Program-made: the position numbers and the translations under genes
Shown: positions 36,506 to 48,420 of the stretch, piece by piece
Layout of the letters: each line of letters opens with the position of its first letter
Numbering within the stretch: position 1 is the stretch's first letter
DNA from: Rhizophagus irregularis
Lineage: Eukaryota
NCBI RefSeq assembly: GCF_026210795.1
Contig: NC_089433.1
Location: forward strand, 4,402,001-4,466,000
DNA length: 64,000 bases
Reading direction: 5' to 3'
The notes under the pieces: generated by a model
Seen by the model: the letters and a program-made list of their open reading frames with translations, nothing else
Databases searched by the model: none
Told to the model about the DNA's origin: nothing

Positions 36506-39500
36506 ATGTCTGATGTATACGATGAATTAGAAGAGATTAAAAATAGACACGAAATAGAAAAACATAATGAATCAAGAAAAGAGTATCAAGTAGATCCTTC
36601 ATGCCTAAAATGTTATAGTACTGATGGAATAGAGATAGGAGATTGGTTTAAAAGATTTTGGAAGATTTTCCAAAAGGTAATATTAGAAGCAATGAGTTAT
36701 AACAGAAATACATATGTAAAATTAATGGAATACATAACACTAACAAGAAAGGATGGGGAAGAAAGTTATCCATCTAGTAAGAAGAAAAGAAATAGAGAAT
36801 TTGAGAAAATGAGAAAAGAAGGAGAAAAACTGTTAGATATAGTTGTAAGGTCAATTAGGTATAGAAACAAATCAGATTACAGAAAAATGGGAATTATATC
36901 AGTGATAAAAGTGATCTGTGAACATTACATATTGAGTGAAGATAATGAGTATATATTAGACGATCGAACAGAAGAGAATCTATTGGGAAATAGGGAATTG
37001 TTAACATATAGATATATTATAGAAGATGATGAATTAGATGTGAGATTTGCAAAATTTGAAGAGTGGTTAGAAAAAACAGAATCAATAACCATTAAAAACA
37101 AAGGATATGGTACTATGAGATATTTCAAAGAAATATTGCATCTAGAAGAAAATATAGTAGAAGAAGAAAATAGAGAGAAAGTCAAGAAATTTCAGAAAAG
37201 TATAACATATCAATGGTGGGATGGAAATAAATACCCAAAACCATGGATGAACGATGAGTTAACAGATAAGATAATAGAGAAAATTATTGAAACAAAAGGT
37301 TTTGTTGAAGAACAAAGTGATGTAGGAGAACTAGAAAGTTCAGATGATTTAGGAGAATCAAGTTCAAATGAAGGAGATGAACATATAGAAAGAATATACA
37401 GAAATTATTGGTTAGAAAATGGTTATGAGATTGATATTGAAGAAATAAGACGAATAATAAATTTTAGAGTGGAATATGAAATAATGAAAACTAAAGAATT
37501 TATGAGTTTTTACAAAACTATTGAAGAATTAGATGACAAAGGAATAAGAGAAGAATTAAGAATATGGCATTATATGTATACAATAGAATGTCCGTTATGT
37601 AACAAAATGATACTGAAAAAGGAAGCAGTAAAATACAATAAAGAATTTACAGGAGAAATATGTAAAAATTGTTCTGAGAGAGAGGAGAATGATGTTAGTG
37701 AAGCAGAACTAAGAGTAAAAAGAATACAGAAAATATGCGAAGGAGCAGAAGTTGAAGTAACGGAAGGAGAAATATTACGAATGATAAATATGGGTTATAC
37801 AGATGGAGAAATCTTAAATTGGGAGTTTATAAAGTTATTCCAAGAAAATAAGAATGAATTGGAGGGAGTCATAAAAGAAATATTAGTTAAATATTTAGAA
37901 AAACAAATAGAGACAGAGGAAAACAACGAAGAAGAGGATACAAATGATTCAGAAAAGATTGGAGAAATATTAGATCCAGAAGAATATGAGATTTGGGAAG
38001 AAAATTCTGAAGACTTCGATGAAAATGGAGTCGGAAATAATGATGAAAATATTATAAATACAGAAGGTTTTGGCTTAAGTCAAAATTCAGATTCGAATAA
38101 TTCGTTGAATATTAAGGATTCTGATATTGAAAATTTTGATACAGAAAGTGAACTATCTGATTACAATTTACAGGAGAATATATTGTTGAACATGGCGACT
38201 GAAGCTCAAATGAAAAGAATAGTTGAGAATGCTTTAAGATATCCACCTAATACTTTGGATGCAGCAGTAGGGGCAGGAGCACACTTAGTAGATAGGATTG
38301 AAAATGCAGGAAATGAAGCCAGAGGAATAATTAATATACCATTATTTTATGGAAAAGAAGAAGAAGATGTTAGTGATTGGATTAGACAATTTGAAGTAGC
38401 ATTTGCAGCAATTGGAAAAGCAGCAGGACCTAATGGTGGAAGACAAGCGACATTCGCAGCAGCACATTTAAGAGGAGCAGCAGCACAATGGTATCATGAA
38501 ATGAGAGAAGCGAATGCAGGTCATTTAGTGAATTGGGCGGATGCAGATAATGATAATGATTTGAAACATAGAATTAAAAGAAGATTTACCAGAGAAGATG
38601 TTAGAAGAAGAAAAATGTTAGAATTGAGAAAAACTAAACAAGGAATAAATGAAAATGTCGATGATTATACAAGAAGATTTAGACAAGTATTAAGAGTAGC
38701 GACAAGAGGTCATGCATTAGCTGAAAAATATCAAGTAGATTTTTATATTGAAGGGTTAGAAGCAACAGTAGGATACCAAGTTAGAAGACAGAATCCAGCA
38801 AATTTAAATGATGCAATAAATTTAGCAAGAAGAGAAGAAGAAGCAAGAAATGAATTATTTAGAAAAGCAGGAAATATACCAGATAGAGTTTATCCGGAGA
38901 TTGGAAAAGGATATATTGAAGAACGAAATGTTGGAACAAATGTCAGACATAATAAACCATTAAATGAGAATTATGAAGATGAGCTAGCGGAAAAATTAGA
39001 GAAAATGAGAATTGCCAAATTGGAAAAACAAGTACGAAATATGGAAAGGGAGTTGAATAATAATGGGAATAGAAACCAATTGAATCAGAGAAGAAATAAT
39101 GGAGCACCGATTAATTATGATGAAATAACTTGTTTTAGGTGTAATAGAAGAGGTCATTTTGCGACTAGATGTCCATTAGGAAATAATATCAGAAGAAACG
39201 AGAGAAGAGTTAATTTAATAGATATAGAAGACCGTGAAGAAGATTATGACTACGAAGATGAAGAATCAGATGATGATTATGACCATGAAAATAATGAATA
39301 TAATAATTCACAATTGTATAATTACGATCGTGATTTGTATGAAAAAGACAACCCAGTACAAGAAAGAAGAAGAAGTAATAGAATAAATCCTGTACAAGGA
39401 TGGAAAGTCTTTGGAAAACCAGATTTAGATAAAGAAATTGCGGAAAGGGGAAAGGAAGAATATAAATATAGAAATAGAAGAGAAGTTCCAATGGAAGAAG

Positions 39501-39781
39501 ATGTGGGAGATGAACAACCAATGTACGATAGACCAATAGGACCAGATAATACGAATATCCCAAAAAGATATAAATGGAGTAAAAAGAAAGGAGGATATTA
39601 CGACACAATGGAAGGAATAAATAGATGGAAAGAAGCAGGAGGAAAACGCAAACCAAGAGAAGATAAAATTACAGGAGTTAGATCAAAAGATCCAGTAGAT
39701 TATGGAAATCTACTTAATATTGTAGAACAACAAGGAAGAATGATAAAGAAAATGATAAGAAAAGGAGATAAAATGGAGTGA
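36506..39781 (+). CDS. Element B Gag (1091 aa) with ~560-aa acidic N-terminal extension
   Basis: Capsid motifs, KQGINENVDDYTRRF and the CFRCNRRGHFATRC knuckle. Confidence 0.92.
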   Translation: MSDVYDELEEIKNRHEIEKHNESRKEYQVDPSCLKCYSTDGIEIGDWFKRFWKIFQKVILEAMSYNRNTYVKLMEYITLTRKDGEESYPSSKKKRNREFEKMRKEGEKLLDIVVRSIRYRNKSDYRKMGIISVIKVICEHYILSEDNEYILDDRTEENLLGNRELLTYRYIIEDDELDVRFAKFEEWLEKTESITIKNKGYGTMRYFKEILHLEENIVEEENREKVKKFQKSITYQWWDGNKYPKPWMNDELTDKIIEKIIETKGFVEEQSDVGELESSDDLGESSSNEGDEHIERIYRNYWLENGYEIDIEEIRRIINFRVEYEIMKTKEFMSFYKTIEELDDKGIREELRIWHYMYTIECPLCNKMILKKEAVKYNKEFTGEICKNCSEREENDVSEAELRVKRIQKICEGAEVEVTEGEILRMINMGYTDGEILNWEFIKLFQENKNELEGVIKEILVKYLEKQIETEENNEEEDTNDSEKIGEILDPEEYEIWEENSEDFDENGVGNNDENIINTEGFGLSQNSDSNNSLNIKDSDIENFDTESELSDYNLQENILLNMATEAQMKRIVENALRYPPNTLDAAVGAGAHLVDRIENAGNEARGIINIPLFYGKEEEDVSDWIRQFEVAFAAIGKAAGPNGGRQATFAAAHLRGAAAQWYHEMREANAGHLVNWADADNDNDLKHRIKRRFTREDVRRRKMLELRKTKQGINENVDDYTRRFRQVLRVATRGHALAEKYQVDFYIEGLEATVGYQVRRQNPANLNDAINLARREEEARNELFRKAGNIPDRVYPEIGKGYIEERNVGTNVRHNKPLNENYEDELAEKLEKMRIAKLEKQVRNMERELNNNGNRNQLNQRRNNGAPINYDEITCFRCNRRGHFATRCPLGNNIRRNERRVNLIDIEDREEDYDYEDEESDDDYDHENNEYNNSQLYNYDRDLYEKDNPVQERRRSNRINPVQGWKVFGKPDLDKEIAERGKEEYKYRNRREVPMEEDVGDEQPMYDRPIGPDNTNIPKRYKWSKKKGGYYDTMEGINRWKEAGGKRKPREDKITGVRSKDPVDYGNLLNIVEQQGRMIKKMIRKGDKME

Positions 39782-40420
39782 CTACACTCGGAGGTAAAAA
39801 AGACCAAAATAATTGGAGAAAAAGAAGTTACAACAGCAATGAAAACACAGTTTATAATAAATAATAAGGAAATCGAAGTTGTAATAGATTCAGGAGCAGC
39901 AATAAGTGTAATAACAGAGAAATTAAGAAAAGAGTTAGATATACCAATAAAAGAAAAAAGTAATATCACATGTACATTAGCAGATGGGGGAAAAATCGCT
40001 TTATTAGGAAAAGTTAATACGGAAGTAGAAGTTTATAAAGAATTAGTGATACCAGTAACATTAGATGTAATAGACTCAAAACAGAGAGAAATGATTATAG
40101 GAAATGACTTATTGGATAAATGGAATGCGAATATTAATTATAAGGAAAAGGTATTAGAGTTAGAAAATGATGAAGAAATAATAGATATACCGGTGTGGTA
40201 TATTAAACAAGTAGAAGAGTCGGAGGAATCTGACTACGAAAGTGAATCAGAAGAATCTGATTATGAACAAGAAGAAGGGAAGAAACTATATACGATGAAA
40301 GAAGTAATGAAAGGAAATAAAGAAGTAATAAGGAAAAACGAGCTCCAGAAGGATAATGAGAGTTCAAGTGAAGAAAGTTCATCTGATGATAGTGAAATAT
40401 CTAGTGAAAATGAGGATTAA
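39782..40420 (+). CDS. Element B aspartic protease, in frame behind the gag TGA
   Basis: VVIDSGAAISVI and MIIGNDLL; the frame is open from CTA at 39782. Confidence 0.9.
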   Translation, partial: LHSEVKKTKIIGEKEVTTAMKTQFIINNKEIEVVIDSGAAISVITEKLRKELDIPIKEKSNITCTLADGGKIALLGKVNTEVEVYKELVIPVTLDVIDSKQREMIIGNDLLDKWNANINYKEKVLELENDEEIIDIPVWYIKQVEESEESDYESESEESDYEQEEGKKLYTMKEVMKGNKEVIRKNELQKDNESSSEESSSDDSEISSENED

Positions 40421-40504
40421 ATTATATAAAAGGGATTAAAATTGTTCCAAAATGTAAAATTGTCAGAATAATAATAAGAAATAAAATAATAAATAAATTT
40501 TAAA

Positions 40505-42832
40505 ATGATAAGCGAAAATGGTAAAAATGAAAATAAATGGGAAAAATTCGATAAAAAGATAAATTTGGGAGAAGTAACAGGTAAAAGAAAAGATGATATA
40601 ATAAAGATAATTAAAAGTTACGAAGAAATATTTGAATATGATGAAGAAAAATTGGGAAAAGTGAATACCGTTAAACATAAAATTGAAATTAAGGAAGGTC
40701 AAGAACCGATAGCACAGAAAAGATATAAGGAGACTGAAGAAAAAGGAAAGTTTATAAAGAAAGAAATTGAACAGTTATTAAAAATGGGAAAAATTAGAAA
40801 ATCATGGAGTTCATGGGCGTCTCCAGTAACACTAGCAGGAAAGAAAACAGGAAATTATAGATTTTGCATTGACTATAGAAAATTAAATAATGTAACTAAA
40901 TCGGATGTATACCCATTACCAAGAATAGACGAATTATTAGAAAAATATAGAACGGTGAGATGGTTTACGAGTTTGGATCTAGCGGCAGGGTATCATCAAG
41001 TAGAAATGGTAGAAGAAGATAAAGAAAAGACAGCATTTATATGTTTACAAGGATTATATGAATATAATGTCATGCCATTCGGTTTAAAGAATGCACCAGG
41101 AACATTTCAGAGGTTAATGGACGAAATATTAAAAGAATATATTGGAGAATTTGTAATAGTATATTTAGATGATATAATGATTTATTCGAAAAATTTCGAA
41201 GAACATGAGGAACATATTGATAAAGTGCTGAATAAATTAAAGGAAAACAATCTGATTGTGAAATTGAAGAAATGTAAGTTTGGTGAACGAAATATAGAAT
41301 TTTTAGGACATATAGTTGGGAGAGATGGTTTAAAACCAGATGTGAAGAAAGTGGAGAAGATTAAAGAAATAAAGATACCAGAAACTGTTACACAAGTAAG
41401 ATCATTTTTAGGATTGTGTTCGTATTATAGAAGATTTATAAAGAATTTTGCGAAAATAGCAAAGCCTTTATATCACTTAGTAAAGAAAGATGTACCATTT
41501 GAATGGACAGAGAAACAGCAAGAAGCATTTGAAGAATTAAAAATAAGATTAATGGAGAAACCAGTATTAGATCACCCTAATTTTGAAAAGGAATTTATAT
41601 TGATTACAGACGCATCAGGAGAAGGGTTAGGAGCAGTGTTATCTCAGAAAAACGAGGAGAATAAAGAATTTGTTATCGCTTACGCTAGTAGAAGTTTAGT
41701 GGGAGCAGAAAAGAATTATGCAATAACAGAATTAGAATGTTTAGCAATATTCTGGGGGATCAAGTATTTCCATAAGTTCTTAGCAGGAAGAAAGTTTACA
41801 GTTATAACAGATCATGCTGCATTAAAAGGATTAATGAATGCTAAAGTACCTACAGGAAGAAGAGCAAGATGGGTAATGGAGTTACAACAGTATGATTTCG
41901 AAGTAATACATAGAAGTGGTAAAGAAAATAAGAATGCAGATGCGTTATCAAGACTAGAATTTGAGGAGAAAGTTATAAAAAGGGACCCTGGAGGCTCAAG
42001 TCAAGAAATAATGAAAATGGAACATAATAAAGAGAAAAAGCTGAGATATGTTAGATCAGGAAATGAATGGTTCGACGCTAGAAGATTTAAGGGAAAATGG
42101 GATGATATGAAATATTTTAATGATAAAGAAGCGATATTACTGAACTTAGAAGAAAAGACAGAAAAAGAATTATTAAAGAAATTAGAAAGGAAGAGTAAAC
42201 CACAGATTATTATTGTTGATGGGGTTGATGGTATAGGGAAATCCACCATAGTAGAAAATATAATTAAACGATTAAAAGAAAAGGATGATTTAAAAATAAT
42301 ATTTAATAAGTTTAAAAGAAGAAGAAATGATGATAAGAGATTTGAGGAACCTTCAAAAGAATATGAATGGTTATTCAGAAAACAAGTTGTAGAAGAAATC
42401 AATAGGAGAATAGTTGAATTTACAGATGAAGACATTATAATACTGGATAAGTCACCATATTGTGAATACTTTTATCAAAAGACCAAAAGTTTTGACAGAG
42501 GATATATTACTCCATATGGGAACCATAAAATGGAAAAGGAGATATTTAAATATAAAGATATTATAGATAATGCGATAATAATTTTCTTAGAGAATAAAGA
42601 ATGTTGGAATAATTATATTGAAAGAGAAACTAAGAAAAGTAATGAAGGACATAAAACATCATATGAAACATTGAACGAAGAGGAATATATGGACATGGTG
42701 AAAATGTTTAAAGAGCATCAGAATATTTATGAGAATAAGGGGAAATATAAGAGAATTAAGATTAAAAACGATGATAAAAGTTGGAAAAAAGTATATAAAC
42801 AAGTAAAAAAAATTATTGGAAAAATAAAATGA
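40505..42832 (+). CDS. Element B RT-RNase H fused to a thymidylate/dNMP-kinase-like P-loop domain
   Basis: LDLAAGYHQ, YLDD, TDASG and TDHAAL, then IIIVDGVDGIGKST and IIILDKSPYCEYFYQ. Confidence 0.92.
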   Translation: MISENGKNENKWEKFDKKINLGEVTGKRKDDIIKIIKSYEEIFEYDEEKLGKVNTVKHKIEIKEGQEPIAQKRYKETEEKGKFIKKEIEQLLKMGKIRKSWSSWASPVTLAGKKTGNYRFCIDYRKLNNVTKSDVYPLPRIDELLEKYRTVRWFTSLDLAAGYHQVEMVEEDKEKTAFICLQGLYEYNVMPFGLKNAPGTFQRLMDEILKEYIGEFVIVYLDDIMIYSKNFEEHEEHIDKVLNKLKENNLIVKLKKCKFGERNIEFLGHIVGRDGLKPDVKKVEKIKEIKIPETVTQVRSFLGLCSYYRRFIKNFAKIAKPLYHLVKKDVPFEWTEKQQEAFEELKIRLMEKPVLDHPNFEKEFILITDASGEGLGAVLSQKNEENKEFVIAYASRSLVGAEKNYAITELECLAIFWGIKYFHKFLAGRKFTVITDHAALKGLMNAKVPTGRRARWVMELQQYDFEVIHRSGKENKNADALSRLEFEEKVIKRDPGGSSQEIMKMEHNKEKKLRYVRSGNEWFDARRFKGKWDDMKYFNDKEAILLNLEEKTEKELLKKLERKSKPQIIIVDGVDGIGKSTIVENIIKRLKEKDDLKIIFNKFKRRRNDDKRFEEPSKEYEWLFRKQVVEEINRRIVEFTDEDIIILDKSPYCEYFYQKTKSFDRGYITPYGNHKMEKEIFKYKDIIDNAIIIFLENKECWNNYIERETKKSNEGHKTSYETLNEEEYMDMVKMFKEHQNIYENKGKYKRIKIKNDDKSWKKVYKQVKKIIGKIK

Positions 42833-42981
42833 CTACCGAAAATATTGGAGTAGGAATATATATTTACATTATACACAGGAATACAAATTATCACTGCGTG
42901 TTATTTGAAGATAAAAATATTAGGTTTATTTTACCTTTTGAAGAAGAAATAGAAGATATACTAATTAATGGAAGAAGATAA
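42829..42981 (+). CDS. 50-aa bridging ORF (ATGA overlap with pol stop; overlaps integrase ATG)
   Basis: MTTENIGVGIYIYIIHRNTNYHCVLFEDKNIRFILPFEEEIEDILINGRR*. Confidence 0.45.
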   Translation: MTTENIGVGIYIYIIHRNTNYHCVLFEDKNIRFILPFEEEIEDILINGRR

Positions 42982-44150
42982 ATATAATGAGATAATTAAA
43001 AATATAGATAATGAACAACACTATAGGATGAAAGATGGTTTGTTATATAGAATAAAGGATAATAGAGAATTGAGAGTAATAAGAAAATATGAGTTTGAAG
43101 GATTAATGTATATTGCACACGACCATGAATTATCTGGACATTTTGGAATAGATGCAACATATGAAAGGATTAGAGAGAAATATTATTGGAAAGGAATGAA
43201 ACAAGATATAGAAATATATGTTAAATCATGCGATAGTTGTCAAAGGAGAGGGAAACTGATTGGAAAACATGAATTAAATGTAATAAAAGTTAAAGAACCA
43301 TTTTACCAAATTGGAATAGATGTTGTGGGACCGTTACCAATAACAGAAAGAAATAATAGATACATAGTTACGGCAATGGATTATTTTACGAAATGGCCAG
43401 AAGCCAGAGCTTTAGAAACAGCAGGTGCTAAAGAAATTGCAAGATTCATTTATGAAGATATAATATGTAGACATGGATGTCCAAAAAAGATATTAAGTGA
43501 TAGAGGAAGTCATTTCAATAATAAATTAGTAGAACTATTAATGAAGGAATTTCAGATAAAACACAATTTTTCGACACCTTATCACCCAAAGACAAATGGA
43601 TTAATAGAAAGATTCAATAAGACACTATGTGAATCATTAGCAAAATTGAGTAACATTAAAGATTGGGATTTAAAAATACCAGGAGTTTTATTTGCATATA
43701 GAACAAAGAAGAATGATTCGACCAAGTTAAAACCAGGATATCTAATATATGGAAGGGAAATGAAGACATTATTAAATATGGAAGATGAAAATGTTACAAT
43801 AACACAAAGGATTAATAGTTTAATGGAAGATCTACCGAACATTAGAAGCCGAGCCAGAGAAAATATAGAAAAATCTCAAGAAAAACAGAAGAAATATCAT
43901 GATAAGAAATATAAGACGAAAAAGAATTTTCAAATAGGGGATAAAGTACTATAATGCAGCAAAAGAAAAACAATGGTCTGGAAAACTAGAAGAAAAATGG
44001 AAAGGACCGTATTATATACATGAAATAATTTCTAAAGGATCTTATAAAATTAAAACTATGGAGGGAAGAATACAGAAAACGCCAATAAATGGAGAATTAT
44101 TGAAGGAATATATTGACAGGTCAAGTTTTGAAGTTATAGTTAGAATTTGA
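42968..44150 (+). pseudogene. Element B integrase (separate ORF), frameshift near 43950
   Basis: HHCC, IGIDVVG, SDRG and GLIERFN; the KWKGPY tail continues in another frame to TGA at 44150. Confidence 0.92.
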
Positions 44151-44181
44151 TGGGACTCAAATTTTTCTTGGGGGGGATAGC

Positions 44182-44866
44182 TGTAACCCGAGAAATCAGG
44201 ATAATCACGTGCGGATGAAAAGACTGAATGGGACAAGGATAAATAATTAACCGAAGGATAAATAATTAGCTGAAGGATAAATAATTAACTGATAAAATAA
44301 TATTTATAGTTTAGTTTAGTTTAGTCACGAGATAGTCATATGATAATACATCTTTATTTTCTTATTGTTCTTAAATCTTTATTAGTAGAAAAGTTAGAAA
44401 TGGTAGAAATAGTTTTCTTGAAAATGTATAAATATAGGTGGGATTCGTTAGGAATTCCGCAGTCAGTTTTGACTCAAATTTAATAAAATAAATATTAATT
44501 ATTAAAAGTTATCTTGAATATGCTCATTGTACGCTTGAGAATTAATTAATATTATTATTAAGTCCAGAAAAGTAAAGAAAAGGGAATTATTCTCGTTTTG
44601 TTGTATGAAATATAATAAGAAGTTAGGAGAACTCTCGCAGTTTATAAGAAATGAAGTGGTAATATTTGAAAGAATAAATATTACAGGAAGCATGATATTT
44701 TGGGAATATTATGAATAAGTGGTAGTATTGAGAATAAATACTACGGATAAATGAGAAAAAAAGCGAGAAGTTAAAAGAAAAATAAAATCTAAACCAAGCA
44801 AAGTAACGAGAAATAAAGTTAAATGAGAAAGATGTGTTTATCCACGGGTGGCAGACGTGGGTGACA
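44182..44866 (+). repeat. 3' LTR of element B
   Basis: Near-identical to 33605-34310. Confidence 0.97.
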
Positions 44867-46518
44867 ACGTTATTAACTACAAATTAATACAACAACATGG
44901 AGAACAAATTTTCGTATATATAGATGGTTCTGTTATAAATAATGGAACAGAAAATATCGATGGAATAGCTGGTTTACATTTTTACAATAAAGATCATAAA
45001 TTAATTGACGAATTTTACATTAATATTGAACATTGGATTTCTCCAAGTAAAGCAGAAGTGACAAGTTTTATACTCGCGTTGCTTATCATTCATAATATTA
45101 ATAATGTCGAGATAATTACAGATAATGAATTTATTCTTAATTACTTTAATGAAATTATATGCAAAATCAAAATTTATAATACACACAAATTACTAAAAAC
45201 ACAGAATAACATTTATATTTGGGCTTTAATTCGACAATTTATAGATTTAAATGAAATAATCATACCAAAAATTACCAAAATCAAAGCACATGACGATAAT
45301 GTATATCATAATTTAGATCAATAAATTAAAAATCGATATTCAGATAGGAATAGGGTATATTCAGTTATTTTTAATTTTTCTCAACTCGATAAAATCGAAT
45401 ATATGCTTACATGGAATAATATTATTATTGAAAAACCGATTAGACGTTTTATATGATATTATAATGAAATTTTAAATTTAGAAAAATTTTTTAATCATCG
45501 AAGGAATCAAAAATATACATTAGATAGCGTAGAATGGGCAATTACGTTTGAATTCTTAAAGGAAAATGAAAATGTTTTACAAACTAATTTCCACACAACT
45601 AAACGACATCATTATAAAATTAAGAATTTAATTGAAGAAATTCTGACTGTAGAACAAAGAAAATTGATTAATTTTGATATATATAAGGATTGGAAATGTC
45701 CTGTCTGTGAGCGAAAGAAAGAAACTTTTGGCCATGTTTGGCGTTGTTATTCAAATCGTAAAAGAATGCGAAATATTATATATTATTCAATAATATGTTT
45801 AATTGAAAAAATTAAAGAATACGATTTATATACTTTTGATGAAGCAAAAATAATCGACTTATTTATAAACAAATCTTTTGGTAAAGTTAAAGTTAATGAT
45901 AATAAATTAACTTTCATTGATATTATTAAAGGAAAACTCTTAGCTGATTTCTTACGACAAGAAATAAAAATGACTAAAGCTCATATATTCGAAACTGGAG
46001 TTAAATTTTTAGATTTCGTTTTTAAATCTACACATAAGATTTGGCTTGATAGATGTGATTTACAAAAAGATAAAGAAAGAAGTTTAGGTGTTACTAAAGA
46101 GGATAAAAAACATTATAGTTATAATAAAAATATGGTTAAAAAAGGTATTAATCATAAAGTCTATCAAAATGTAAAAGGGCTTTTGAATTATATATACTTT
46201 AATATAGAATCTTTGGATTTTATAGTTCGTGTTAATCAGTATACTTTTCAAATATTTTTTCTTTTATTTTATTTTATTTTTTCTTAGGTAATTTCTTTTA
46301 TTTTCGCCCTTATGGGTTGATTTTTTTTTCTTTTATTTCTATTTTTGTTTAGTTATCCTGGTTCATCAGGGATATATTAATTTTTAATATATTCTAGGTA
46401 TTTAGTTTTGTATTATTGTTATGTAGATTTTTTCTATTACTGTTATCAAACTAATGACATGTGCTGTAATATTTCTTTTATAATAAATAAATTTTTGTTA
46501 ACCAGTAAAAAAAAAAAA

Positions 46519-46595
46519 AATGACAATGACAATGTCAATGTTAGTGACAATATCAATGTCAATGTCAATATCAATGTCAATGTCAATGTCAATGA
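46519..46595 (+). repeat. (AATGTC)n-type microsatellite
   Basis: Degenerate hexamer repeats directly after the LINE polyA. Confidence 0.85.
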
Positions 46596-47419
46596 AAAAA
46601 ACTTCTAATGCCAACTTTTTGCAAAAACTCTTCCTGTGCCACTGAAAATACCTGTTAAATTGAGATATCATTCAATATTTGCATGTTTTCATTTGTTTGC
46701 TAATCAATTTCGCTATTATAATATTATTTACTATTGCAGCATTTTTGCTATAATTTAAAAAATTTTTAAATAATTTTAACAAAAAACGTTTTATCGTTAA
46801 TTAATAAATTATAGTTTTTCAATTTAATTTTTAAAATGTTAATTTTAAAATAATACATGTATTATGACAATTTCTCTCTATAAAAAAAATAAAATAAATA
46901 AAATAAATAATAAGTAGAAGTTAGAACCATCCAAAAAAACCTTACTGGGTATTAAATTTTATATGTATTTATATATCCATTCCTAGGAGATTTTGCAGTG
47001 AAAATTAACTATTGATTATACTATAATAAACAGATTTGAAAATTTGAGTAATTCAGCATTTTCCAAATTAGAAAAACTTTTAATTTATTCATAATTTTAA
47101 TATTATTTTACAATTGTAATAGCAGGAGATATAATTTGGCCTATCGGTCATATATGTAATACGTATTACCAATTTAAATATAGGATTTCCAATTTTAATA
47201 TTGCAACATGTGATCACGTATTACGGTTATTAACAAAGAATTTTTTTATTTTTTCAGCTGATTATTTTTTTGTCTTTTCATTTACAAAAACCTAATAAAA
47301 TAGAAATAAAATTTTATTTTTTTTCCTTAAATATAAACACAAATACATTTTTAAATTAAATAACTCAGAATTTAAATATAAACAAATATTATAGTTTGTT
47401 ACACATATTTCAAATTATG

Positions 47420-48420
47420 GTTTGAGCATTTTGGCCAAAGTAAATCTTGCTCTTTAATTGAAAGTAGTTCAGCAAGTTGAAGCTGTTAAGATATTAATCT
47501 ACATGAAAGCACAGTTAATATTTTTGGAGTTATTTATATTTTTACATGATAGTACTAAGTTACAAATTTTTTTTACCTTCAAAGCGTATTTTGGGCAGTT
47601 TAGTCAAAGTAAATCGACTTCTTATATTAATTGAAAGTTTTTTGGCGGGTCAAAATCTGCTTGGATATTAATTTTCATGAAGGTACAGTTAATACTTGAA
47701 GGGTTATTCACATTTTTTACAATGGAATTTTATTTTTTCCATTTTATCATTTTAGAGCGTATTTTCGGCACTTTAGTCAAAGTAAATCGACTTCTTATAT
47801 TAACTAAAAGTTATTCAGCAGGTCATAATCTGCTTGGATATTAATTTTCATGAAGGTACAGTTAATACTTGAAGGGTTATTCACATTTTTCACAATGGTA
47901 CTCATTCATGAATTTTATTTTTTCAGTTTTGTCACTTCAGAGCGTATTTTAGGCACTTTAGTCAATGTAAATCAACTTCTTATATTAATTGAAAGTTGTT
48001 CAGCGAGTTATAATCTGTTTGTATATTAGTTTTTATGAAGGTACAGTTAATACTTGAAGGGTTATTCACATTTTTTACAATGATACTCGTTCACGAATTT
48101 TATTTTTTCATTTTGTCACTTCAGAGCGTATTTTGAGCATTTTAGTCATAGTAAATCAACTTCTTATATTAATTGAAAGGTTTTCAGTGGGTCATAATCT
48201 GCTTGGATATTAATTTTCATGAAGGTACAGTTAATACTCGAAGGGTTATTCACATTTTTCACAATGGTACTCATTCATGAATTTTATTTTTTCTGTTTTG
48301 TTACTTCAGAATGTATTTTGAACATTTTGGTCAAAGGAAATTGACTTCTTTTATTAATTGAAAGTTGTCCAGCAGTTAAAATACAATTTTCATGAAAATG
48401 CAGTGGAGTAATTTATATTT
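47420..48420. repeat. ~175-186 bp tandem repeat, 5-6 copies
   Basis: Recurring GCGTATTTT..TTTAGTCAAAGTAAATCGACTTC..GAAGGTACAGTTAATACTTGAAGGG. Confidence 0.9.

Larger units (their letters stand above)
33605..44866 (+). mobile_element. Full-length Ty3/Gypsy LTR retrotransposon (element B)
   Basis: LTRs at 33605-34310 and 44182-44866, perfect TSD ACGT, PBS TGGTGCAATGC at 34314 and PPT GGGGGGGATAG just before 44182. Confidence 0.97.
33402..46520 (+). mobile_element. 3' part of a LINE (RNase H + zinc-binding C-terminus + polyA), split by element B
   Basis: Removing element B restores ..TIERLYV|INYKLIQQHGEQIFVYIDGS..KAEV..ITDN..KIKAH. Also CPVCERKKETFGHVWRC, AATAAA and A14 at 46507-46520. Confidence 0.85.
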
